DNA of 64,000 nucleotides from Octopus bimaculoides (Eukaryota), in contig NC_068984.1 in assembly GCF_001194135.2 (NCBI RefSeq), forward strand, positions 46,211,770 through 46,275,769, read 5' to 3'. Position 1 is the stretch's first letter, and the number at the start of each line of letters is the position of its first letter. Of this stretch, positions 23,929 to 37,535 are shown piece after piece. Below the pieces are notes generated by a model. That model was not told the DNA's origin. It saw only the letters and a list, made by a program, of their open reading frames with translations, and did not search any database. The position numbers and the translations under genes were made by a program.

Positions 23929-25932
23929 NNNNNNNNNNNNNNNNNNNNNNNNNNNNNNNNNNNNNNNNNNNNNNNNNNNNNNNNNNNNNNNNNNNNNNNN
24001 NNNNNNNNNNNNNNNNNNNNNNNNTATATATATATATATATGTATATGTATATATGAGGGAGAAAAAGAAGGAAGACAGAAAGAGTGTGATTGAGTGAGT
24101 GAGTTACTGTGTGTGGTTTTGTATTCGTGATTGTATGTCTAGCATGCATATAGCTTGTTGAAAGTCACTACTTCCTATGATGTTAGTCATCCTCTCCGCA
24201 TGAATAATCATTTTGTTTCCCTTCAGCAGATTCGGATATAGCTTTTATCAAGAAATACAATAAATGGCACATTACATCTGGTTTGGATTTCCGGGTATCC
24301 TGATATACTTTATTTCCTGCATTAAATATTTATCATAAAAGAAGCACTAAAATATCGAAAGACCCAATCACTTTTCTTTCTGTATCTCTAAGACATTATT
24401 TTTGCCAAATACAGAAAATTTAGTAGCTGATGTCTTGTTTATGAAAGTAAAGGCATTCAATAACTGGCATTCGCTGTGCTCTTGCAATTCCTGTCAGAAA
24501 TAATTTATTTTATTACATCAATTTGATGCATAAGCACCAAAATTCATAAAGACGAATTTCATCTAAAGTTACGAAAAATTCATGGCTAACAAATGAAATT
24601 GCTGGTCAAATATTTAATGTCACCGCATATACCTCGTCATAGTTTGTCAACGGAATGATAGTTATATCTTGTAAACATACATTAACTGAAAATAGGGTTT
24701 ATACTTCAGAGAAAATATATTTTGTTACATCGTAATGATCCAGAGGACTGATGCTGAACATCGGTTTACGTATCCTTTCGTGGGGTACAGATGGGAAATT
24801 TTCTTACATGAGAACACCATATCAAGAAATTATTTTCAAATTTATTAGTAATAACATACCATGCATTGGTCATTTTATATCACCTGTGATGTAAATGCAT
24901 ACAAGCAAGATTAGCGAGAGAACTTGTAAGTGGTCGGTTGACTTACTCAAAATAGCCATAAAATCTCCCTCAAACATCTCGCAATCGTACTGACCACTAG
25001 AGTGACATTAAGAAACGTAGTTATCTATATGAAATGTATGAAAAAAAATGATGGAGGTGGAAGTCATTATGAGAGTATCTTGGGATGTATGTTTAACTTG
25101 GGCTAAATCGCATTTAATCTTTTATGATGGCTAAAGAACTTATAACCACATTCAATTGAGGGAGGAAAGAACTTCATTCTTCCTGTATAAGAATAGTGAT
25201 ATAGATTTATTTTTAATATCTGCAAGATCTGACCACGACACTAACATCCAAATTGTACGTTTGAATGCGAACATCTCGATTGGAAAGCGTGTAGAATTAC
25301 GATAAACATCCATGTAACGAGGAAGTCAGCGATGAAGTTTAAATTTAGACATAATTCCACCGTCGACCCCAAGAAACTAAATAGTAAATCATATTCAAAT
25401 ATTTATCAGCCTCACAAAATCTGAATTATTACTCTCCAAATTTATTCATAACCAATGTGTCTATGTAATACGTTCATCATTATTCGCACACAAATACATA
25501 TATCGAAAAATGTAAAACGTGAGATGAGTGTATATATATATATATATATATATATATNNNNNNNNNNNNNNNNNNNNNNNNNNNNNNNNNNNNNNNNNNN
25601 NNNNNNNNNNNNNNNNNNNNNNNNNNNNNNNNNNNNNNNNNNNNNNNNNNNNNNNNNNNNNNNNNNNNNNNNNNNNNNTATATAAAGACGTACAAACATA
25701 TATAGAGACACGAAGGGACACAAACAAACAAATCTATAGACATATGCTTATGACAAAATACACATATTCACACATATAGTGATACACACGCACGTGCGCG
25801 CACACACACGACCGCGCTCCAGCACGCGCACACATTAAGACATAGATACTACTTGTGAAATTATTACAAAAATATGTGTAGGTCAGCGTATGTGAGTGAG
25901 TATGTATATATGTTGGCGAATATATGTGTAGG

Positions 25933-25984
<52 letters not shown>

Positions 25985-27663
25985 NNNNNNNNNNNNNNNN
26001 NNNNNNNNNNNNNNNNNNNNNNNNNNNNNNNNNNNNNNNNNNNNNNNNNNNNNNNNNNNNNNNNNNNNNNNNNNNNNNNNNNNNNNNNNNNNNNNNNNNN
26101 NNNNNNNNNNNNNNNNNNNNNNNNNNNNNNNNNNNNNNNNNNNNNNNNNNNNNNNNNNNNNNNNNNNNNNNNNNNNNNNNNNNNNNNNNNNNNNNNNNNN
26201 NNNNNNNNNNNNNNNNNNNNNNATATATATGTGTGTGTGTATATGTATATGTATATATATATTTGCAAATAGATATTTATATACTAGTATATACTGCGAA
26301 TTCTTGTAAACGCTAATGTGGTATATTACTGCATTTATATGTGCGTATGTGTGTGTATGGGTATGTGTGCATGCAGGGGGCGTATGTATATCTGTGTGTG
26401 TGTGTGTGTTTTCATTTATGTATGTATATACACAAGCGCGTACACATATATTAATATAGTTGTTTTATGTAAAAAGAACAAGGATCAACTGAAGTATAAT
26501 CACTTTTCGATAGGCGTGTGTGTGTGTGTGTGTATGCATATACGCATGTGTCTTAATGTTCACGCACGTGCTTCAATACATTTGCGTGCATATGAAATTG
26601 CTTGGATGATGACACGTGTGTATTGAGATGTATTCAAGATTCTTGTGGTGAGTGTATGTCTTTACATATGAAATGTGTTCCTGTGTTTTTAATCAATCTT
26701 CTGTAGTGTGACACCTCTTTGTAGTTGGTAAACGTTTACACCTAGCTGTAATTCAGAGGTGGCTAACTGCCAAAGCAATATTTGATATAATGGGCAAACT
26801 TTCATCTTGTTTTAATATATCTTGTGCATTATGAGTCAATGTTATAGTGGTTTATACATTCCAACTTTTCTTTCTTTCGCAATCCAATAAATATTCTCGT
26901 GAACACGTACATACAAAAAGAATCACAGTTATATAGTACTAAGTCTATATAATATCCTTTGTCTACTTCTCTCTCTCTGTCTCTCTGTCTCTCTCTCTCT
27001 CAATATAAGCTATCTCTTTTATCTATTTGTCTCCCTTGTTTGACTGACGACTATCTACCAAACGCAAATTTTCACTTTATATTTACTTCATATATTTTAA
27101 TGCATGTATGTTTGAACAAATACACACATACATATAGACGCACATGCACACACTCACACATGCATAACTACAGCCATACACATACGCACACAAACACACA
27201 CATATATAAAAGTATATAAATTCTTTACGTGTGTGTATGTACATCATCTTCAAGAGACAATGTCGCATACTATCCTACACTATTTCTAAATTTTCTATGC
27301 GAGAATTGAAATTCTTACTGAAATGTGTGCTTTTACGAAGTATGCAAGAAATGGGATATGAAATTGTATAGTGCGAAGTGCAAGATCCTATGACCCTCAA
27401 TAAAGTGATCGCTGAGTATAGTTCTGAACTAGTGTACTTCATAAAGATTATTACTCGGCGATGTAGTATCAAATATATAGAAAGCATAAAGAGGAAGCTC
27501 TTACATGTGTCCAAAGGTGCAGAAAATTAAGAAACGCGATCAGGAACAGTAGGGATATCAGCTAGCGCTTCACAATCAAATCTGTATTGTACAACACCTT
27601 TATAGCTTTAACCGAACACGATGCGATCGACAGATAGAGAGTGCAACACCCTCATCACTAGAC

Positions 27664-27846
27664 CAGTGCGCCACAACCGGTATGCAGCAGCACACTGGTG
27701 TGCCAGGAGACGATGCTAGGTGTGCAACAGTTTACTCTGAATATATTTTCTCCCCTATACCTTTAGTTATATTTTCTTAAGGTGTGCAGCCGAAGTTTGA
27801 AAAGAATATTAGTGTACCGCAAGCGCAAAAAGGTTGCGGAGCACTG
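27664..27846. mobile_element. 183-bp hAT (Charlie-like) MITE
   Basis: TIRs CAGTGCGCCACAACC / GGTTGCGGAGCACTG match at 13 of 15 positions. The 8-bp TSD CACTAGAC (27656-27663) / CACTAGTC (27847-27854) matches at 7 of 8 and has the central CTAG favoured by Charlie-type hAT elements. Confidence 0.85.
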
Positions 27847-29251
27847 CACTAGTCCTCGTGACTTCACAAGGTCATATATGATCACTCATTAATTAAGAGC
27901 GATGATATTCCGCTAGAACTTTCCAAAATGTAAGGCATATGTAAGATAGCCTTGGAAGTAAACTCCTAAGACTTGTGCCGTTAGAGGGATACTGCTAGCA
28001 ATAGCGTAGAGCGGATCAGACGATTGAAAAGCTGATGGTTGTCCAGTTGTGAAGGAAGGCCGATAGACTATGAACTTGGATGTCTCTTTACAGTATCATA
28101 TTGAGAAAGCTTCATAAATATACACTTAGCCTCATTGGGAAACTATTATGTGCCGTAGCTATGAATTTGGGCAACCTGCTTTTGTTTTCCAACACTTATC
28201 TGGATCTCTGAATGCAGCAGTCAGTTACTGTTAACGTGTATGGAGAGGGCAAGTCAATGCGCTTAGTCTTAAATAGCGGTGGTTTTGTCAGTTGCCCCTA
28301 CACTGTATTTTCACATGTCCATTAAATAATCTGGCAGAAGCGCTGCCTACCTGGCTAATTAAATTATAATGATATACATGATATACATACATGCATACAT
28401 ACATATACACATAGATACATAGATACGTTCATACGCACATACGTACGAACGTACATACTTACATACATACACACAGATAAAGAGAGAGAGAGATGCACAC
28501 AGAATGAGAGTGAATGAGAAAGAGAGAGATAGAGAGAGAGAGAGAGGGCGGAATAGTAAAAGAGAGAGGTTTTATCAGATAATCATTGTAATGAACCATA
28601 TGAATGAACTCAAAAGGAGAGAAAGAAAACAACGAAAGTTTAGATTTTTCTAGTTATCGTATTCTTAAAACATAGGTTGATAATAAGACAATTGTTTGAA
28701 GAGAATACGAAAGTTGTAACATCTGATGATATGTACAGAGTTTAACATATAATATATTGTGTTTCTTCTTTTCCGTTTTATTTTAGACGATAAGATTCGG
28801 CTGTGAGAGATTTAGCCGCTATATTCAGTGGCATGAGCGGCTGTGTTTCACATCCATTTTGAACGAAATTGCGTGTGAATAATTCTCTGTGTTTCTACAC
28901 TACTACTTGCACTTTCTCCATTTGTGTTACGTTTATAGTTTCATGTTATTGCTGTAGATGACTGAAGTAATAACCTTCTTAATACATCGGTGGCCATATT
29001 TGAGAATGTTATTGAACGTGAAATATTTACAGTTACATATATATCGACACGCTGGCATAATTATAATCTATTATAAGATTATGTAAAATTTGATATATTC
29101 GTTTATTTAAAAATCCGGTTCTGTCTTGTTACTTAGCGACTGGCTTCACTCTCTTAAGAAGAACATAAACGAAATTAAAAGAAAATCTCATACAAACATA
29201 CATACATACAAACGTACTTATGCATGAATATATATATATACATATAAACAG

Positions 29252-29282
<31 letters not shown>

Positions 29283-29370
29283 AATATCTATACATAGATA
29301 CATACATACGTACATATATGTATATATACATATACATATACTTATATATATATATATACATATACATATA

Positions 29371-29419
<49 letters not shown>

Positions 29420-30095
29420 NNNNNNNNNNNNNNNNNNNNNNNNNNNNNNNNNNNNNNNNNNNNNNNNNNNNNNNNNNNNNNNNNNNNNNNNNNNNNNNNN
29501 NNNNNNNNNNNNNNNNNNNNNNNNNNNNNNNNNNNNNNNNNNNNNNNNNNNNNNNNNNNNNNNNNNNNNNNNNNNNNNNNNNNNNNNNNNNNNNNNNNNN
29601 NNNNNNNNNNNNNNNNNNNNNNNNNNNNNNNNNNNNNNNNNNNNNNNNNNNNNNNNNNNNNNNNNNNNNNNNNNNNNNNATATATATATATATATATATG
29701 TACATGCATACACCCCCACACGCACACACACACATATACATATATGCGTGTATATATAATACTATATACACTTGTACACATACGTATGTAAATACATATA
29801 TCTCCTACAATTTATGCGCACTTACACACTCAATCACATCGGCGCATTCTGCTGCAGATATGTTTATATTTGAATCAAATTATTGTAAGCGGTGGATTCC
29901 TACCACCGTTCGTATGAGTTTACTTTTATCATCGTGTTTCTTACCTCATGAGTAATAAATGAGAACTGAAGCTCTGTCAAGGAACATTGTTAGTTTCAAA
30001 CAAATAATTTTCTTACAGCACATCGGTCTTTTGTTTTCTCTCGTTTTTATATCCAAATAGACTCTCATAGACACATTTATAGACACATGTGTATG

Positions 30096-30135
<40 letters not shown>

Positions 30136-31773
30136 TGTGTGTGTGTAAGTGTAATCAGAAGAATAGTTATTTGGCAACATATTCTATTGTTGTTCCTACT
30201 GTAAATTATGGTTGCAAATATTTAATCTTGAAGGAGACTAGTGGCTTGGTGACGTCCCATATGATAACCACATTTTCAGTAGATTTTTCATCCGTTTTAA
30301 TATATTCATTTATTCAGTACTCGAAATGGATTTTGTGTCGATTTGAACATAGATCGGTTACAAAACATTAATGCTGCGTGAACAATAATATACACGATAA
30401 AAGGTTGCATTTTTCTCAATAGAGACTTAAGGAAATAAGTAGGCAATAGTAAAAATAAAAACGATTATTTCGGTGTGTAAGTTGTTAAGATAGGCATGAG
30501 TCATGTCCATAATTCTAGTACTTAGCAGTGGATTTTACAGAGCTAAGCGGATGAGAGACACATTTTATCCGATTAAAATCGGACAGAATATCGAATGCGA
30601 ATTAAGGTAATGTAGAGACACCGGCACGATATGAATGTCCCACATTCTGGTAAAGAAATTTCATTTCTAACCATAAACACACGCGCACGCGCACGAACAC
30701 TCGCATACACAAAACACACACGCACACATAAAACACACACGTACACACAAAACACACACGTACACACAAAACACATACGTACACACAAAACACACAGGCA
30801 CAAGCATGTGTGTTTACACATACAAGCAAATTATGTGTGTGTGTGTGTGTGTGTGTGTGTATAAATTTGCATACACACATATACATACACACAGGCACAC
30901 ATATATATACATATATACTGAGAGAAAGAGAGAGAGGGGGAGAGAGATTGGTATTCGCGTATAACCTGTAACTATTTATTTAAAACGCCTTAATAATCAT
31001 TATGCTACAAGATCATCTGCCCAGAAGTGAGTGCCTGTTAAAATAAGTGTAATGCCATGATGCGTGTGCAGTGGCTAAATATCCATGCAATACATATAAC
31101 GAATGGAATACAAGTTGATACATTTAAATTTCATACGTTTACGATTGTTTCAGTAGTGGTTAGATAACCTTTTCGTCAGAGGAGGAAACTCAAAATAAAC
31201 TCTTGATTTAATAACTGAAGTTAATTTTGTGTAGAGAATAAAGAATAAAGGACGGAAAGAAATAATTAAAAGCAAGTATAAAATAAATGATAAAATTACC
31301 ACTACAACACCTCTACCATTGATTAAAAAAGAAAACAGAATTACAGCTCGCAAACCGCATATTCCTTGACAAGTGAGTAATTATTCTTTAAAATAAGATG
31401 TACCTTCACAGAATTTCATTTTTTTTTTTAAGCATACAGATCTGCACATACCTACTGTGTTTAAATTGTCACTCATTCATTATTTGTTCTTGACTCGATC
31501 CTTAAGTCACCTGTTATGGAAACTATTGCATGTCGTGCTGGCGACGAATCTTCTATCAGCCTGTGCATTATGATTGAAATAGCAGTCATCTCTTCAAACT
31601 CTGATTTCTGTCTTAAGAATAAAGGACACATAAAGTAGAAAATATTCGTTCATGGACTTACATACACACGCAGGCACACTCACATATATATGTAAACGTC
31701 TATGAAATAGCTGAGAGCCCACGACCTCTAAATATGGTATATATATATATATAAATAACACGTAAAGAACACC

Positions 31774-32195
31774 TTTCGAGCGTTGGACCTCACAGAGGGA
31801 ATGTGGTTAACTTCGTTTCGAGCGTGGGGCCTCAAGGAGGCAAAGTGGGTGAGTTCTTTTCGAGTGTTGGGCCTCACGGAGACAATGCCTGATACCTTTG
31901 GCATTATGTCGTACTTCAGAGGAAGACCCGTGAAGCCGAGCAAAATCGCAGTCGTGTTAGATCCCGGTGGCTCGCAAAAGCACTCTGGTGTCACGTAAAT
32001 GGCACTCGTGCCGATAGCATTACGCCTATTACACTCTCGGAGTGGTTGACGCTAGGAAAGGCACCTAGCCATAAAAAAAAACATGCGAAATCAGACTGGA
32101 GTCTTTGCAGCCTTCCAGTGTGCCAGCTTGGTCAAACCGTCCACCCCATACCAGTGTAGACAATAGACGTTACATGATAATGATGATGATGATGA
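31774..32195 (+). mobile_element. SINE-like element with RTE-type (GAT)n tail and three 42-bp internal subrepeats
   Basis: Subrepeats start at 31774, 31816 and 31858 (TTTCGAG.GT.GG.CCTCA..GAG). The body contains TACACTCTCGGAGTGGTTGACGCTAGGAAAGGCACCTAGCC, and the 3' end is ...GACGTTACATGATAATGATGATGAT. The assignment to RTE-tailed cephalopod SINEs is from recall. Confidence 0.7.
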
Positions 32196-32227
32196 TAGAT
32201 ATGTATATTACTCTTTATTTAAGTGAA

Positions 32228-32493
32228 GTTGCGTGACTCAGTGGTTAGAGTGTCGGGCTCACAATCATTAAGTGAATTCAATTCTCGGACCGAGCTGCGT
32301 GTTCTTTATTTCACGTTGTTCCAGTTTACTCAGCTGTAGAAGTGAGTTGCGATGTCACTGGTGCCAAACTGTATCGGTCTTTGTCTTTCCTCTGCATAAC
32401 ATCGGTAGCGTGCAAAGGGGAGGCTGGTACGCATTGGTGATGACTGCTCTCCCATAACCTTATTCGAACTTGTGCCTCGGAATGGAACTTCTA
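32228..32493 (+). mobile_element. SINE family C, diverged copy
   Basis: GCGTGACTCAGTGGTTAGAGTGTCGGGCTCACAATCAT...CAGCTGTAGAAGTGAGTTGCGATGTCACTGGTGCCAA is homologous to 10226-10563. Confidence 0.8.
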
Positions 32494-35159
32494 AGACCCG
32501 TGAAGTCAGAGAAATACAGCTAGCAATAACGAAGTGCAGACCATACAACTGAAGGGCTGATGGCAATCCAGATGGCGGTCCTGAACACGATTAGTTTCCA
32601 CATCGAAGAAGCTCACAGAAACTGTGTGTATGTTAGGTTGAAGTCGTATAGAAATAGACTGAAGTATGTATGCTGATATTTGATTAAGACTTAATCCAGA
32701 ACGTTAACTACGATAACACACTGGATGGGCACAATGCGACATTACTTACAAATTTCATCGCAATTTCTTTCTACCACCCACTTATAGAATATACATACGT
32801 TAAAACTACCCCACCTCAGTAACGGCAAAATATTACAAAGCACATATGTGAAGATTACAAATATAGAAAGTCGTGCTACGATATATGAATTTCTGACATT
32901 AAAATAAGGTTGCAGATTTATCAATTTAATAACCCCAGAGTTTGACTGATATTTTGTATCCCGAATGAAAAACTTCGAGTCATTATATTTCAAGGTCATA
33001 CTTTCGAAAGTGTGTTCACGTTAATATGCCTCTAATTCTATGATGAGAAAAACAGTTATATTTTACGAATACAGATAAAAGAAAAATACTTTTGTTTATC
33101 TTTCTGTTCCCTTTAAACGCGCGTGAACCGAGCACGAGCGTGTGAGCTGGTCAATAATCAGTACCTAACCCATAAAGATATAAATACTTGCTCCTCGTTC
33201 TTCTCTTCTTCTTGCTTACTTTCTATTATTATATATTTTACTTTCTTCCTTGCTACTCACGGAATTTCATTTCCACGTCTTTGTAATGATTTCTTTTCTA
33301 ATTCAAATGGGGGCTTTGTAAGTTATATTATAACTTAGAAACCTCCTATTGTTGTATTCAAATCTAGTTTATATTAAAGTTACTAGATTTATATTTGTGG
33401 TACACGAGATTAAATTAGTTTTGCTGCCACATCTTCTGGAACTATTTCTACCATTTCAGCTACTACTGCTAGTGAAAGTTGTTGATAAGGTTAAGGAAGA
33501 CATTGTTATTGTTAGTTTTGTTTTTGTAGCATCTCTCTCGAACTACTTTCACTAGTCAACATTCGATACTTTAGTATCATCTTTCTTATTCACAGTCTTT
33601 TAATATGTAAATATATCAGCTGTCCTACTCCAAACTTCTCCGTATCCAGCTGTTTACTGTTATGCGAAGTAACATTTCTCTGTTAGTATACACAACTGCA
33701 TTCACACATACAAGCGCGCGCGTGTGTATATATGTATATATATATGTTACACACACACTAATACAAAACCACAAATACGCACACACACATACACACATGG
33801 ACACACACACACACACACACACATATGCAGATAGACATACTCAAATATACAATAGAGGAACATATGCACGCTTCCAATGAGTTGTTATGTCTTTCAAATG
33901 ATAAATCTACCAACCGTTTAGGAATAAAACAATTTAATATACTAATAATAGATGTTTAGTTGCTGACGTATATTTATAGCTTGAAATAAATTCCGTTAGA
34001 AGTATATAATCTGTTATTGCTGTTGACTAGCTTTTAAGCGATATTCAATAGATTATAACGATCTGCTCGATTAGCGTTGAAAAAAACATGTTTTGTTATC
34101 TTTTGTTTATGTTAACATGATGTGGCAGACTAATTTGGCAGATTATTGTTTACTTCGAGGCGAAAAGTAATATTCTTAGGTCTAATTCTAAATATATTCG
34201 CTGCTATTTCTATTGTTGTTATTGTTGTTGCTGATGAAAGGTGCGAATAAACATGATATTTATTTTCTTACAGTTATAGTATGCGTTTTGTCCTGTAATA
34301 TTTGGAACGCATTTCTTTTCCTTAGAAATGTAGGTGTTATTTGAGGCTACGGTGTAGGGTACTTTCTCTTTGTACCGAGCTTTGTATACAAGTATAAACA
34401 CACACAGATACACACATACACACACACACACACATTGTTCTCATTATAAGAATTATATAAAACTGTAAACCGTAGCACGTAAATTTTGCGCTTGAGTCCC
34501 ACGGGCAGGCTCCGACTCTTGCTACAAAAATGAAATTTTCCACCCAAAATTTACATAGTTTTATTTGATTCAAGGATGACTGATCTAAAACAGAATAACC
34601 TCAGAATGAAAGCAAGTTAATTTACTAATACGCAAACCATCTCGAATGAATTTGACCACAGATATGCTAGGTGAGGATTAACTTGTATTTAAATTGGGAC
34701 AATAGAATTCAAATATGTATGTCATGAGTCGTCACATTCGAAATTATACTTCTATATAACGAATAATTCACACTAAGTTATTTCTGATAAAATATTTGCA
34801 TAGATTTCTTGAAGCCAGTGCGTTATAAGAGATTGTTATCGATTCAGTATCTCGGAGTAATGACAGAAGAATTCGAATCTAATGTGCTTTGAACACACAA
34901 ACATTTGTAACTAAATTCAGGAGTGTGCGCTGCTACAATGGGCAATGAATCGGCAAAATCGGCAGAGCGGCGGATAGAACACCGTGTATTTTCGTTCAGC
35001 TCTCTACGTTCACAATCATAATAGAGTAGGAACAGGTCGGTGGAAATAGATTGAGTGTCTAGTGAATGCTTTTTTTCAGATACACTAATATATCAGAAAA
35101 AATCTCCAAAATTGGTTAGATGTTCATTATAGCAATATACTGAAATAAAATAAAATAAA

Positions 35160-35160
<1 letters not shown>

Positions 35161-35245
<85 letters not shown>

Positions 35246-35260
35246 TAGATAATAATAATA
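35161..35260. repeat. (AAT)n microsatellite
   Basis: Direct reading. Confidence 0.95.
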
Positions 35261-35753
35261 TCCTTATCAGGCAACGGCTCTCATGGCTTTTGATCTTAAC
35301 TGATTGGAAATGTTATTATATACATTGGTTTGTCTTGGTATAAAAGATGAGTACAGCAAATATTCTGCTCAATACGACAGAGTTGCTTGTCATTTGCTTG
35401 ACCTTAACTAGTTGAGCATGTCCCTTAGTGGCTGACGATATGTGCATCTCTGATCACGAGCAGAAGTAGTTGGGGTTTGAATAATTCTTCTCTGGAAGCA
35501 TGGGCATTTTGCTACTTTTCCTTCAAACAAAACTTATTTAGGGACCTCTTGAGTGGAATGGGCTACTCGACTAGAAGAAACTTCTAAAGTCATGCGCTAT
35601 TTATCTTGATATGAGGTCACCAAGTAACGTACATATGGTTGTGATGCATGTGCCTGGTGTTCCCTTGCCAGACGGGTAGCCATGATGGGTATATTGGGCC
35701 TCGTATATTTGTACCTCAGTGTCACTTTGATGGGATGCGCTGCTCTCTCACTC
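35261..35753 (+). mobile_element. ~490-bp interspersed element embedded in (AAT)n
   Basis: A complex, higher-GC block is flanked by (AAT)n on the left and AATAATAATAAG on the right. The sequence (TTGAGCATGTCCCTTAGTGGCTGACGATATGTGCATCTCTGATCACGAGCAGAAGTAG) resembles a common octopus repeat that I recall. The strand is inferred from a TAA-target model. Confidence 0.6.
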
Positions 35754-36347
35754 AATAATAATAAGAATAAGAACGACAGTGATGATAATAATTATGATCT
35801 ATTTAATTAGAACTGTATCCTTTCTCAGCCATCTCTACTGGAATGGGTCATTTAGCATTAACAAAATTATATTTTAAACTGATTGAGATCAGGCAATCAA
35901 TCAATCAATCTATCAAACCGTGCGTGTGTTTGTTTGTTTGTTTATGTTTATTTATGTGTACATGTATGAAGGTATACATACATATAAAGATATATATATA
36001 GANNNNNNNNNNNNNNNNNNNNNNNNNNNNNNNNNNNNNNNNNNNNNNNNNNNNNNNNNNNNNNNNNNNNNNNNNNNNNNNNNNNNNNNNNNNNNNNNNN
36101 NNNNNNNNNNNNNNNNNNNNNNNNNNNNNNNNNNNNNNNNNNNNNNNNNNNNNNNNNNNNNNNNNNNNNNNNNNNNNNNNNNNNNNNNNNNNNNNNNNNN
36201 NNNNNNNNNNNNNNNNNNNNNNNNNNNNNNNNNNNNNNNNNNNNNNNNNNNNNNNNNNNNNNNNNNNNNNNNNNNNNNNNNNNNNNNNNNNNNNNNNNNN
36301 NNNNNNNNNNNNNNNNNNNNNNNNNNNNNNNNNNNNNNNNNNNNNNN

Positions 36348-36400
<53 letters not shown>

Positions 36401-37154
36401 AAGAGAGAAGTAGGAGAACGATAGCGACAGAGAATCCCGCTACGTTTTGATATCCGTATATCCAAATAATTCATTTATGCAGAGATGTAGTGTTTTTAAT
36501 AAGTCTAAACAATGCTACTAACCATCTGTTATTCTCTCTAATCATTGCGCAACGTTTCATGAAACGAAATTCTACATTCTATTGTATACATATTCCCTTT
36601 GTAGATAAATTCCAGACTATATCGGATTGTTCTTTATTCAGTTTAGCACGATTCTCTCTGAACAAATATTAGATCCCAACTTACTAAATCCAGTTTGTCT
36701 CTGTTCACAAATATGCATAACCAGGCTGGAAATGGTTTACAAGAATTTACAAAATTCAACTTTATATGTGTCTCTGATCAGCAAATGAGGGATTGCAGTT
36801 GTTCTATTCTAGCAAGATGGTTGTTCGATCATTTCTTATTAGCATAGAATATGGTATTGCTTAGACGAGAATTTTACTCAGTTAGTTGCACAAAACACCA
36901 TGCAGCATAGAACAATGGAGCTTAGAAATATAAAAGATCTGATATTTTTTCTTTCGATTGAAATTTACATAATGAAAAGACCTGATCAATAGGTCAGTAG
37001 ACTATTGATTTACTATACTATTTACATATGTAAAATGGATTGTTCTATGCTGAGTAAGTCCGGGAGGTTGCTGCCTCGAGTGCCGAGATTTATAGGACTG
37101 GTCGCGGTTTCCATGGCATGTAAGTGACCGAGGCGAATCTGTATAAGTGGTTGA

Positions 37155-37535
37155 TGCAAGTCCCGCATCAACCTTATTGAAGACACAACATACAAATTCA
37201 AATCAGGACAGATTTTTACCGTAAAAAATCACTTTACATGTTCCTCAGGGAATTCATTAAACGCTATCAAATGTCAAGGATGTAATGAAGATCACATAGG
37301 TCAAACAAAGCCTACTCTAAGAAATAGACTGACCATTCACCGACAACAAATGCAAGACTCCAGTACTAGACAAATTTCACTGAATAGACACATAGACATA
37401 TGTGCAAAAATTAAGTCCCCCAAATTCCAGTTCTTCCCACTCTACCAATGTTCAGCGAATACAACAGATGAAGCAAGGATGAACAAAGAAAATACTTTCA
37501 TACAAAAGTACAAGCCAATACTTAACAAACTCTAA
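37155..37535 (+). pseudogene. Penelope-like element, GIY-YIG endonuclease C-terminal fragment
   Basis: Open frame from 37155: CKSRINLIEDTTYKFKSGQIFTVKNHFTCSSGNSLNAIKCQGCNEDHIGQTKPTLRNRLTIHRQQMQDSSTRQISLNRHIDICAKIKSPKFQFFPLYQCSANTTDEARMNKENTFIQKYKPILNKL*. It shows the PLE pattern FTC-S-N...C-GC...(Y>H)IGQT...R...H...E...I....P-LN, with both GIY-YIG Tyr motifs degenerate. There is no RT upstream (5'-truncated). Confidence 0.85.

Noticed and set aside
24227-24294. Possible exon DSDIAFIKKYNKWHITSGLDFR after a strong acceptor
   Set aside because: Poor donor (GTATCC) and no recognisable protein.
27930-28340. Possible LINE RT fragment (minus strand ...QVLGVYFQGYLTYALH)
   Set aside because: Only a faint resemblance to the LGVxF motif, with no supporting neighbouring motifs.
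31774-31890. 42-bp repeats as a CRISPR-like array or tandem hammerheads (minus strand CTGTGAG...CTCGAAA)
   Set aside because: Eukaryotic context, only three degenerate units and no cas genes. The core lacks CUGANGA and no stem I or III forms.
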